Source: an uncultured bacterium
GTDB taxonomy: Bacteria > Zixibacteria > MSB-5A5 > CAIYYT01
Direction of reading: 5' to 3'
DNA: 64,000 nt
Assembly (NCBI GenBank): GCA_963726455.1
Contig: CAVSCK010000003.1
Location: 672,001-736,000 of the forward strand
Below the pieces are notes generated by a model that worked only from the letters and a program-made list of their open reading frames with translations, was not told where the DNA came from and made no database searches. Numbering within the stretch: the first letter of the stretch is position 1; every line of letters begins with the position of its first letter. A program made the translations under genes and the position numbers. Below are positions 30,748-39,606 of this stretch, piece after piece.

Positions 30748-31284
30748 ATGAAGAGAATGTTTGGGTATCTGCTCGCACTGCTGCTGGTATTTCTCAGCAG
30801 CATTTTTCTGTTGAAGACAACGGCTCAGGCAGCGTCAAAGGGTGAATCCTTGCTCAACAAGGGTGATTCGATTGCCGTCTACATCGACGCTGAGGATTTC
30901 GACGCGATCAAGGCCTCCAAGGCCGGCGCCAAAGTAAAGATCAAGGTCTTGGACAACGTCGTACGATCCGGAGAAAAGCTGATCAACAAAGGTGAGCCGG
31001 TCTATGCGACACTCACTAAGAGGAGTCGTGGAGGCGGTTACGGTGGCGGAGGAAATATCACATTAGCCATCGACTCAACGCACTCCAGTGCCAAAACGAA
31101 GGTGCCTCTCAAGGGCCAGGTGACGCTCAAAGGGAAAGGCGCGGGCTTCATAAAGATATTCTACTATGTCCCGTTGTTCCCAATCGGCTGGCTTTTCAAG
31201 GGCTCGGATGTCGAATTTCCGGAGGGTAAGAACGTTTTCAAGCCGGTAGTCGCCGACGACACGCCCGTTTATTACGAACGGTAG
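30748..31284 (+). CDS. Secreted hypothetical protein (possible TrbI/VirB10-like beta domain)
   Basis: Signal peptide and GGAGG RBS; pattern 'V.DNV...G..LI.KG.PV.A......GGG.I.L.ID....VPL.G ... KG.DV.FPEG'. Confidence 0.65.
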   Translation: MKRMFGYLLALLLVFLSSIFLLKTTAQAASKGESLLNKGDSIAVYIDAEDFDAIKASKAGAKVKIKVLDNVVRSGEKLINKGEPVYATLTKRSRGGGYGGGGNITLAIDSTHSSAKTKVPLKGQVTLKGKGAGFIKIFYYVPLFPIGWLFKGSDVEFPEGKNVFKPVVADDTPVYYER

Positions 31285-31349
31285 AGGTCTTTGGAGCCCG
31301 GTAGGAGCGTTGTCTCCATGTCGGCCTAGTGACATGAAGCCACAATATA

Positions 31350-31380
31350 AGCGCCGTCAGGAATCTTTCCTGACGGCGCT
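31350..31380. terminator. Terminator hairpin between the convergent 30748 gene and the T6SS operon
   Basis: 14-bp perfect stem AGCGCCGTCAGGAA/TTCCTGACGGCGCT. Confidence 0.8.
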
Positions 31381-31397
31381 ACTATTCGTTGTTTAAT

Positions 31398-32216
31398 TCA
31401 GACTTCCGGGGACAGCAAGGTTTCCAGCACTGCCACATCCTTGTTCTCAATCGCTGAAGCCAATGCCTGAAGATAGGCGTCGATATCGTTCGCTTGCATA
31501 CAACATACCTTGATGTGGTTCTCACCAACAGCGGCGAACTCAAGCGCGCCTGCTTCCGGCGCTTCATATCTTGAAGAATATGCCAGTGACAAATCGAGAT
31601 CTTCTGACGGCTTGAAAACAAATTCCGACCAATTGATGAGCTTGCGGCTGGCAGATGGCAGAAGTCTGATTAGCCGCAGGAGATATCCATTTGAATAGGG
31701 CGTATTCCTGTCGGCATACAGCACCAGCCGTTGACCGCTTAGCAAGGCAGCGAGATTCCTTCGATAGTCGTCGAGATCGATGTCAACCAACTCCGACAAC
31801 CAGACATCATCGCCGACCGGGTTCTCGATTTCGAGTTCACCAAAATTCGCCAACTGTTCGGCGGTTCCTCCCGAAATCAGAAAAGATTCCAGTTTGTGAG
31901 GGGAGTAGTTGAACGACTGATACTGATCGGAAAACAAAATTGCAGAATGCCTCAGTAACGCTCCCCAGCGGCCGGAGAAATCTCTGCCGACATGGCTAAC
32001 CTTGGTGATTGCGGCTTTCTCGTCATCGGGTGATTCACGATACCACTGAACCGAAATTGACGACTTGAATTCCTCGTTCTTGCAGTCACCAAACTGGTCA
32101 TAGAGATTTATCAGCCAGACCTGTAGCGCCTCCGTAATGCCATCGGACCGGTAGATCACATGCTGCGATCCCGGTGTATCGGGAAATGTACCGTATATCA
32201 GGTGGTCGATCTTCAT
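31398..32216 (-). CDS. GAP1-N-like domain protein (GTPase-associated; last gene of the T6SS operon)
   Basis: 'IDHLIYG....G...IYRS.G' and 'HVGRDFSGRWGALLRHSAI' resemble the GAP1-N2 signature 'G.D.SGR.G....H'; lies directly after the GTPase gene. Confidence 0.6.
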   Translation of the reverse strand: MKIDHLIYGTFPDTPGSQHVIYRSDGITEALQVWLINLYDQFGDCKNEEFKSSISVQWYRESPDDEKAAITKVSHVGRDFSGRWGALLRHSAILFSDQYQSFNYSPHKLESFLISGGTAEQLANFGELEIENPVGDDVWLSELVDIDLDDYRRNLAALLSGQRLVLYADRNTPYSNGYLLRLIRLLPSASRKLINWSEFVFKPSEDLDLSLAYSSRYEAPEAGALEFAAVGENHIKVCCMQANDIDAYLQALASAIENKDVAVLETLLSPEV

Positions 32217-32287
32217 TGGTGCATGGAAGATTGATGAGCCGGTGGCGAGCTTATCATGTTCACACACGGAACGGTGTAGCAGACATA

Positions 32288-34150
32288 TTAGGGTAACTTG
32301 GGTGGCTGTCCCGATTTGAGCTTGACGACAATCCCGTAATCCTTTCCGAAATCAAGGGTGTAGCCCTCGGTGAGCTTCGGATAGAAAGTTTCAATCGGAT
32401 TCTCGACGTCCTGTGGCACCGGTTCACCCGTGCTGGAAGGACTGAGGTCGATGAACTTCGCGTGCACCGGGGCGTTGCCTATTCCGGTCACCTGCTTTTC
32501 CACTTTGGGTGAATCACCTAGAAGATTCGCGAAGTCGACCGGTGGATTGTCACCGACCTGAATCACGACCTTGCTTTTCGGACGGAGGTTCTCGACTGCC
32601 AGAGTGATCTGGAACGGTAGTATCTGTGCCGTCGCCATGCCGGCCTTGAGTTGCGCAGGAGACGCCTCTACTTGCTTCACGAATACAGCATCGAGACTAT
32701 CCTTGGGATGATCCTGGAAAAGTTTGGTGATACCGGCTTCAAGCGCCGCCTGTTTATCGGTAGCCGGCAAAGTTGCCACCGAATCTTTCAGCCGCTTGAA
32801 ATCATCAGCAGCGGCTTTGGTTTTTTCATCGTAATTCGGCTTCGGCGGTTCTTTCTTTTCCTGTTCGGTTTTCTCGACAGAAATGCGACTATCAATAAAC
32901 TGCTGTCGTTCTTTTACAAACTGAATCAGCGGCGCGGCGCCGAAGAACTTGCTGACAGGCGTCTTGTCGTAGTAAGCGGTGTATTTCTCTTTGATGACTT
33001 TGGCCTGGTTCTCGGTGAATTGGCCGTTACTCGTCCGCAACTCGTCCACCAACTTGGTCTCCGCGCGGTCCAGCATGCTATAGAGCTTCAACTGATTGTA
33101 CAGGTTGACAATGCAGAACAGTGCCACCCACATCAAGCAGAGTGCAAACACCCACTTCACCAGGTATCGCCAGAATGCTTTGCGCTTATTGAACATGATG
33201 CGCCGGAATGCCCACTGGAGCGGATCGGCTACGCCGGACGAAGTCAAATCGCGCGGTGGCTCAATATCGCCAGTCGGCCGCTTGGCGATCGCGCCGGTCG
33301 AAGACACGAAGAAGACCTGGAAATCGAGCGTATAGGCACTCACCGAGTCAATGAAATTCGCCAAGGTGTGGCTGATACGCTCGGTCGTCTTGGCCCATAC
33401 CTCGCCAAAACGGCGGTTGTTGACTTTGACAAGTCCGCGGATGAAACTATCCTTGCGCCGGCCTTTGTATAGAGATGCACCACCCGGCACGAGATCGACG
33501 GGATTGATCTTTGAGAATCCGTCCAGGAAATCGGCCTTGGTAATCACGATACCCACCGGCACGCGCTTGGGCACGCAGTCATGCAGGTCGTGCAGGATGG
33601 TCTGAAATGCGGCGATCTGCTCCCGCAACAAGACATCAGTCTCTAGCACCGAAGCGTCAAGGAAGAACAAAGCCGCGCGCGCAAAGGGGAAGAAGCGCGC
33701 GAACTGTTTGCGTAACTCGCCCGGCTGGGCAATCGAGAGGGTTTCTCCCTTATAATCAACGGTATAGAACTTCACGCCTTTGCGAACCGACATGTCGAGG
33801 CCGAATCTGAGAATGCGCGTTTCGGACGTCATCGTCGGGAATTTGCGCTCCCCTTCGATCTCAACTTGCCGGCCTTCTTTGATGCGCAGCAATTTCCCGC
33901 GCATCATATTGTAGTTCTCGATCAGATTGGCGGCGGTATCATTGTCCAGAGGGGACAGTTTGAAATCTTCGTTGCCCTTTAACAATTCGTAGAGCACTGA
34001 GAAGTAAACCGTCTTGCCCGCGTTGGAATGCCCGAAGACGAGCACAACATTATCGTCATGATCAAATGGCGCGTCCGCTGCCTTGGGAGGCGCAGCCGAC
34101 TGCTTCTTGAAAATACCGAAGGCCTTCTTGACAAGTTCCAATGGGCTCAT
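32288..34150 (-). CDS. Membrane-anchored TRAFAC-type GTPase (double-GTPase-2-like domain, TM helix, extracytoplasmic domain)
   Basis: G1 GHSNAGKT, G2 PTMT, G3 DYKGE, G4 TKAD, G5 VSSTG and 'GVADPLQW'; TM helix YLVKWVFALCLMWVALFCIVNLY after a basic patch. Confidence 0.75.
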   Translation of the reverse strand: MSPLELVKKAFGIFKKQSAAPPKAADAPFDHDDNVVLVFGHSNAGKTVYFSVLYELLKGNEDFKLSPLDNDTAANLIENYNMMRGKLLRIKEGRQVEIEGERKFPTMTSETRILRFGLDMSVRKGVKFYTVDYKGETLSIAQPGELRKQFARFFPFARAALFFLDASVLETDVLLREQIAAFQTILHDLHDCVPKRVPVGIVITKADFLDGFSKINPVDLVPGGASLYKGRRKDSFIRGLVKVNNRRFGEVWAKTTERISHTLANFIDSVSAYTLDFQVFFVSSTGAIAKRPTGDIEPPRDLTSSGVADPLQWAFRRIMFNKRKAFWRYLVKWVFALCLMWVALFCIVNLYNQLKLYSMLDRAETKLVDELRTSNGQFTENQAKVIKEKYTAYYDKTPVSKFFGAAPLIQFVKERQQFIDSRISVEKTEQEKKEPPKPNYDEKTKAAADDFKRLKDSVATLPATDKQAALEAGITKLFQDHPKDSLDAVFVKQVEASPAQLKAGMATAQILPFQITLAVENLRPKSKVVIQVGDNPPVDFANLLGDSPKVEKQVTGIGNAPVHAKFIDLSPSSTGEPVPQDVENPIETFYPKLTEGYTLDFGKDYGIVVKLKSGQPPKLP

Positions 34151-35061
34151 CGGTACGTCTCCACGACACTATTGGTCTGTTTCAATTCAAGTATTTTCGC
34201 GCGGTGTTGCTTTTCCCAGAATGGACGCACACTCACCGCGGCATAAAGAAATAAGAGAGTCAGAACCAGATAGACGATGTAAACCGGCCAGCGGTCGCGA
34301 AGCACATGAAACACAAAGCGGTAATTGACCACCGACGTAATTGCCGAACCGATCGAATCGAAGAATTTCTTAATCGCCAGGACAAACCGGCTCTTGCCAC
34401 GATAGATATCGTTAACATTGAGATACCACGCCGCAAATTCGCTTTGGTCAGACATTCGACGAAGTTCTTCCTCGGGTGCAAACGAGCGAATGTCAGCTTT
34501 GCGCCCTTGCAATGTGCTGGCGGCGATGTGCAGCATCTTTTTCTGCCATGAATCAGTGCGAACAATTCTCGTAGCGGAGGAAGACACCTGATCTGTTTCG
34601 CGGAAATTGGCCGCAATTTGCGCGTAGCGATTCAGGAGCATCGACTTTAGCGCGTTTTCCTGCTTGCCAAAACGGCGGATTTTCTCGCCAAAAATCAGCG
34701 GCGCTACGGTCATTTCGATGAATTGGCTGTCGTCGGACGTGCCGCGCAATTTCTTGGCGGCCAAAAATGCGTTCTGGCATTGTTGCGGGGGGCGTCTGAC
34801 ATACCAGAAATACAGTGGCAGCAGGTTGGCTACCACCAGCGACAACGGCTGTGCCTGCCGGGGAACGGTATTGACGCGAAGCTTCAAGTGCTCGTCAATT
34901 ATGTTTCCATTTTCACCGGTCATGTCGAGGCGGTCCAGTTCATTGAAGTATGCCTCACTCTCGCGCAGAAACACGTCGGCCGAAAAATCCGGCTGTTGCT
35001 TCTCATAGCGATTGAGCTGGATGAAGATCGAATTGATCAGCGCTTTCAGTTTTTCCGACAT
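34147..35061 (-). CDS. Hypothetical protein with a single C-terminal TM helix (TssL-like topology)
   Basis: Helical soluble N-terminus and TM segment VYIVYLVLTLLFLYAAVSV near the C-terminus; 6 nt after tssK, with an ATGA overlap into the GTPase gene. Confidence 0.65.
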   Translation of the reverse strand: MSEKLKALINSIFIQLNRYEKQQPDFSADVFLRESEAYFNELDRLDMTGENGNIIDEHLKLRVNTVPRQAQPLSLVVANLLPLYFWYVRRPPQQCQNAFLAAKKLRGTSDDSQFIEMTVAPLIFGEKIRRFGKQENALKSMLLNRYAQIAANFRETDQVSSSATRIVRTDSWQKKMLHIAASTLQGRKADIRSFAPEEELRRMSDQSEFAAWYLNVNDIYRGKSRFVLAIKKFFDSIGSAITSVVNYRFVFHVLRDRWPVYIVYLVLTLLFLYAAVSVRPFWEKQHRAKILELKQTNSVVETYR

Positions 35062-35067
35062 ACGCTC

Positions 35068-36543
35068 TTATCGCGACCTGCTGAAGATCGCCACATGGTT
35101 CATCTTGACCGCTTCCAGCGCGGCGCGATCCACCTGTCCGTCGATAATTATATTCAGACGATCCAGCCGACTGCTCTTAAGCGGGAAATATTCGTTGGGC
35201 TGAATCAGCCAGAAGTCGGGATTTGTAACGTCGTCGACCGGCTTGCGTGCCACCGATGCGGCGGCGATGTCGTCAACTTCGTTGGCACCCAGGTATATGA
35301 TAACGTTGCTGGCATATTGAATCGGGAGCACCTTTTTGTCGAGCCGCACAATCACGTCCTCGGTACCGCGCGGATCGACACCGTCAATGATGATGTGGTG
35401 CCGATTGTTGCGGAATGAATACTTGACGGCGCCGTGATGTTGCAGAAGGAACCGGAAGCCGTCACGTTCGATTGAATCGGCAGCCCTTCCAGCGGCGCCA
35501 GAGGCATAATAGCTCAGAATTGCCGCGACAAACTTGAGCGCCTTCTCGGTGTCGTCAAAGAATTGCGTCATTTGATCGTAACCGTACTGGCGAGTCTGGT
35601 AGTCACGCAATTCAGGAAGGACCGTTCCGCCGGCAACAGTGCCCGAATCTACGGTCACTTGCGCATTGCGGACATATTCCCGCAACTCGGGATAAATCAG
35701 AAATCCCTGCTGAAATCCGCCCACGAGATCAGTAAAGGAATCTATCAAGGCGCGGCTGCCAACACCGGCAAAACCGTCGAACAAGCGATTGTAGCAGTAA
35801 TTCACAAAATGCAGCAGTGTCTCGGCCTGCAGGAAGACGCCGCGAATGGTTTCTTCCTCGGCTGCCGAGGGCCGGCTCTTCGTCTTGGCACGAACCTCGG
35901 CAATTGCCGCCAATCCGACCCGCTGAATCTCGTCGACCACTTTGCGGAGGCGCTCCATGCGCGAAACCACGGCCTTGCCACAGGTAGTATTCAGCACGGC
36001 AGGAACAAAGTCGGATCTGATTTCGAAGTCGTTTCCGGCGCGTACCAACTCCGTAATTTGAAATCCGCAGGATGAACTAAGACTCTCGGACGGGCCTACC
36101 GAAAGAGTCAGCCGCGGAACCTGGAACGGAAACCGACTCAACTGTTCGCCCGGAAGCGGGTCGCCAAACATTGTCCGATCTTGCGGCGCGGCATATAAGA
36201 AGATCGGCAGTCGCTCGCGAGATTCTTTGGCCAGATCGATCTTCAGTTCCACGGAGTGATACTTGGTGAAATCTTCATTGACATGTATCGGAGTTCCATT
36301 CGGCATCAGTGCGACGCACCGGGTTACTGATAAATAAAGGATGTTGCCGTCGCGGCGTAATTGCAGTTCCAGCGGTTCGTTGCGTATGGTCGCGGGTTTC
36401 GCAATACCATAGCCGCCGGCCAAGTTCGATGCCGCCCAGCGGTTGAGGTTGAGTGCGAAAGTCTCCTGCTGGTTCAGATGGACGCTGGATACCAGCATGC
36501 CATCAATCCAGTTAACTCCCCAAACATTGAATTCATCCATCAT
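35068..36543 (-). CDS. tssK: T6SS baseplate subunit TssK (Bacteroidota-type)
   Basis: N-terminal 'VNWIDGMLVS..HL.QQE', 'C.ALMPNG..I', 'R..FGDP' and 'DFVPA' motifs; position after tssG. Confidence 0.78.
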   Translation of the reverse strand: MMDEFNVWGVNWIDGMLVSSVHLNQQETFALNLNRWAASNLAGGYGIAKPATIRNEPLELQLRRDGNILYLSVTRCVALMPNGTPIHVNEDFTKYHSVELKIDLAKESRERLPIFLYAAPQDRTMFGDPLPGEQLSRFPFQVPRLTLSVGPSESLSSSCGFQITELVRAGNDFEIRSDFVPAVLNTTCGKAVVSRMERLRKVVDEIQRVGLAAIAEVRAKTKSRPSAAEEETIRGVFLQAETLLHFVNYCYNRLFDGFAGVGSRALIDSFTDLVGGFQQGFLIYPELREYVRNAQVTVDSGTVAGGTVLPELRDYQTRQYGYDQMTQFFDDTEKALKFVAAILSYYASGAAGRAADSIERDGFRFLLQHHGAVKYSFRNNRHHIIIDGVDPRGTEDVIVRLDKKVLPIQYASNVIIYLGANEVDDIAAASVARKPVDDVTNPDFWLIQPNEYFPLKSSRLDRLNIIIDGQVDRAALEAVKMNHVAIFSRSR

Positions 36544-36583
36544 CAGTTTCACCCATTTAGAACTTGAGGTGCAATATATCTTG

Positions 36584-37501
36584 TCATGCTGTTTCCCGCA
36601 AGAACGTCGAGAAACCCAGGTAAGCCGTACGAGATTCTTCCCCCGGCACAAACGGAGACACGCCGGGAACGAAGTTGTATCGCACCAGAGCGCGCTGATG
36701 CGCGGGCGCGAACAACACTGTCAGATTATCTACCAGATCCCGGCGCGTTCCGGTCGGCGCGAGATCGCGGATATCGGATATTTCGAGGCCATTTACATTT
36801 ATCATGAAAGTGGAGAAATTCTCCTCAAAGGTTGATCCCGGGACAAAATCACGTCCGAGCCGGGAGTTCGCCTTGCCGAGAGAATTTCGAAAAGGCTCGG
36901 GCACGAGATTCTCCTCCGGAATGTTTTCATCGACCGTAACCTGCTTCTTCAGGAATGCCGGCAGTACTCTCTCATAAAGCAGTTTCCTGCCACGGAAGAA
37001 CGGCGCGAAGAAACGTAGCAGGAGCAGGAATCGCCGGTCTTCCTTCGCTATGGACGGCAGATCGCCGCCGAAACGGTCCCAGTATAATAGCTCTGCATCG
37101 CTGTCGTCGATACAGAATAACAGTCTGAGTTTGAGAATGTGGAAGGCAATCCAGAAACGGTACGTGATAGTATCGAAGGCGCTCCAGAACTCAAGGTACT
37201 TGTTTTCCATGACTCCCGGGTGGTGGTCCGACTCATCCATCTGTTCCACGAAAAAGGTGTCAGGGAAATGGTTCTTGAAAGACGGCAGATATGCCGCCAC
37301 CACGCGCTCCTCACGCCTGGACGTACGCGCCGTAAGGGTGCGGATCGCCTCAATGTCGGTTACGAAACCGCCCTGAGCTTCATGACTGATAAATGCGAAT
37401 TCCGCCGCATCAATTCCCAGCGAAGCCAGCAGAAGTGAAAACTCGGTGAGACGGATATGCTCGTTGATGCGGTAATCTGTGGCGACAAAACCGGTTTTCA
37501 T
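36584..37501 (-). CDS. tssG: T6SS baseplate subunit TssG
   Basis: About 300 aa after tssF with an ATGA overlap; 'LG...SRLG.DFV.G' and terminal 'YLGFST.L' resemble T6SS-iii TssG. Confidence 0.72.
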   Translation of the reverse strand: MKTGFVATDYRINEHIRLTEFSLLLASLGIDAAEFAFISHEAQGGFVTDIEAIRTLTARTSRREERVVAAYLPSFKNHFPDTFFVEQMDESDHHPGVMENKYLEFWSAFDTITYRFWIAFHILKLRLLFCIDDSDAELLYWDRFGGDLPSIAKEDRRFLLLLRFFAPFFRGRKLLYERVLPAFLKKQVTVDENIPEENLVPEPFRNSLGKANSRLGRDFVPGSTFEENFSTFMINVNGLEISDIRDLAPTGTRRDLVDNLTVLFAPAHQRALVRYNFVPGVSPFVPGEESRTAYLGFSTFLRETA

Positions 37502-39252
37502 GCTTCCACCAATCGCGCTTCCAGATGCAGGTTAAGCGGCGTGTAGCTATCGAGATATTCTGAAAGGCGTTGAACCAGGAATCGCCGTTCATCATCGGAA
37601 ATCTTCACGTCAGTACGAAGTCGCACATCAACTATCACCGACGGCAACAACCCGCCGGCGGTGCGGCTGACTCCGCGCGCGGCTTTGGCTTCGACAATTC
37701 GACTGTCAAAGTTGCGCGTCAGATATTCGATTTCTCCCTCTGACAATGCCACGCCGTGGTTGCGCAGGAAGAACCCCGTCAGGCGCTTCATCTCTTCGCG
37801 CGAACGAACGTCCGAGCCACCCGACGAAGTCACCAGATTGCGGATAGTTTGTATCTGCGGATGCGGCTTTGCCAGTTCAAAATCGATTTCGGCGCCGATC
37901 CCGTTGCCACTGTTGCCCTCAGTCACGGAGTATTCTACCACCACGAAATCGGGCGACGCTTTGCCGGTGGGAACAAAATCAAATTTGATTTTCAGCCCGT
38001 CTTCTTCTTCCACAATCATATATTTGCGAGGATTTCCAAAGGCCGTGAGGTCGAGATGGTTCGAATACTCGTCGTCATTGGAATCCCAGACGCGGTCGAT
38101 CGAAAACAGCCGGTCCGGCAACGAACCCGCTTCTTCATCTTCATACTCGAAGAGGTTAACTTCCAGCACCGGCTGGCCCATCGTGTACTTATTGCGATGA
38201 TTTTTGCGGCGGTTGATCGCCAGAATCGTGTTGCTGTCGAAGAAACGGAACTTACGCAAATCGCCTACACGTTCGTCTCTGGCCAGATCGATTCGCAGCC
38301 ACAGACGCGGTGCCTTAAGGCCGCTGAAGTCGATGTGCGAAAACTTGCTTTGCAACTGAGGCGGCAAGAGCATCTTCTCTGCCTTCGCATATTGTTCCTG
38401 CGGAACATGCACAAAACCCTTGGCGGGCGCCAAATAGTGCTTGAAATGCCAGAGCAGACGGCCCGCAGTCAAGAAATCTGAACTGTACAGCCGACTCTGA
38501 AAACTGCTTTCGAGCTCAAATTCGCGGATATCGAGATGCTTGAATATCTCCAGTCGGTCATGGAAGTTTCCCGGCTTGAACGGTGGGGTACGTTGCCCCG
38601 TCGTCTCGACATGCCAATCTACCCAGTTGAGCATCTGTCCGGCCGGCAAGTCCGGTCCGGTATACAGTCTGATGGCGTCGATATCCTCAAGAGGCAAGCC
38701 GGTGGTTATTCCTATATATATGGTACCGCCCAATGGTGGTGGGGCGCTTCGCTGCATCGTGCGGTAGTGCGATGACTGCAGCGTTTCTTCCCACTTGTCC
38801 GCCTCCGGCGGGAGCGCCTTGAGCACGCGGAAATAGTCGCCCGATACGAAAAATACCAGATCGGCGTTGATATCGAAAATGTCCTGGTCATGAAGAGGAT
38901 AGAACGAATAATCGCGCTGCTGCGCGCCTGGCAAGCGACAGATGAATTCCATTTCGGTGTCGACCTGTGCGCGCTTGTCGGAGCAGGAACAAGATAACAT
39001 GGTGAATGCCGGTATGGGCCGACGCAGTCCCGTGACAAAGAAATTCGTGATCATCGTGTCGATGACGGTCTCGGCGGCCTGCTTGAGTTTGTCTTCAGTC
39101 TGAATCGCGTGGAAGGCGAAGCCCTTGAGCATGAGCAGAAGCGCCGGATCCAACTGTTTCTCGCCTGATGGAACCTGATAGCCCCAGAAACGCAGCCGGT
39201 CTACAAGTTCATTATATACGCGCTCTTCGCGATCTGTCCACTTGGCGTTCAA
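37498..39252 (-). CDS. tssF: T6SS baseplate subunit TssF
   Basis: 'WG.......LDP.L.LML', 'RPIPAF', 'N....INR', 'T.G..GNGI' and 'SSGG......EE' motifs; baseplate-J-like C-terminus. Confidence 0.78.
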   Translation of the reverse strand: MNAKWTDREERVYNELVDRLRFWGYQVPSGEKQLDPALLLMLKGFAFHAIQTEDKLKQAAETVIDTMITNFFVTGLRRPIPAFTMLSCSCSDKRAQVDTEMEFICRLPGAQQRDYSFYPLHDQDIFDINADLVFFVSGDYFRVLKALPPEADKWEETLQSSHYRTMQRSAPPPLGGTIYIGITTGLPLEDIDAIRLYTGPDLPAGQMLNWVDWHVETTGQRTPPFKPGNFHDRLEIFKHLDIREFELESSFQSRLYSSDFLTAGRLLWHFKHYLAPAKGFVHVPQEQYAKAEKMLLPPQLQSKFSHIDFSGLKAPRLWLRIDLARDERVGDLRKFRFFDSNTILAINRRKNHRNKYTMGQPVLEVNLFEYEDEEAGSLPDRLFSIDRVWDSNDDEYSNHLDLTAFGNPRKYMIVEEEDGLKIKFDFVPTGKASPDFVVVEYSVTEGNSGNGIGAEIDFELAKPHPQIQTIRNLVTSSGGSDVRSREEMKRLTGFFLRNHGVALSEGEIEYLTRNFDSRIVEAKAARGVSRTAGGLLPSVIVDVRLRTDVKISDDERRFLVQRLSEYLDSYTPLNLHLEARLVEA

Positions 39253-39255
39253 ATG

Positions 39256-39603
39256 CTAGATCTCCCAGGAAAGGTCAAAGCGTTGCCCGTCACGAGCGGT
39301 GCCATATACGCGACAAGTAAAGGTGGCAGTGATGGTCTCTTCAACCTTGTCGGATATTGTCACGTTTACGGAGATGCCCATGTACCGCCGGAATTGTTCG
39401 ATGACGTGATTGCGAACTTCAGTCTTAAGGTCGGTGGAATATTCGGGAGTAAAGTATGCCGAACGACAGCCCAACTCGGGATCAGGGCGATAGCTGCCCA
39501 GCTCGGTTTCAATGAGAAACCGGGCAAATTCCTCCGATTGGCTGCTGCGCAGGAAGCGGCAGTCTTTTATTTCTAATGGTACCCGAAGCGCTTCGTCGGC
39601 CAT
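39256..39603 (-). CDS. tssE: GPW/gp25-family baseplate protein TssE
   Basis: 'LI.T.LG.YR.DP.LGC' gp25 motif; 115 aa between vgrG and tssF. Confidence 0.75.
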   Translation of the reverse strand: MADEALRVPLEIKDCRFLRSSQSEEFARFLIETELGSYRPDPELGCRSAYFTPEYSTDLKTEVRNHVIEQFRRYMGISVNVTISDKVEETITATFTCRVYGTARDGQRFDLSWEI

Positions 39604-39606
39604 AGT

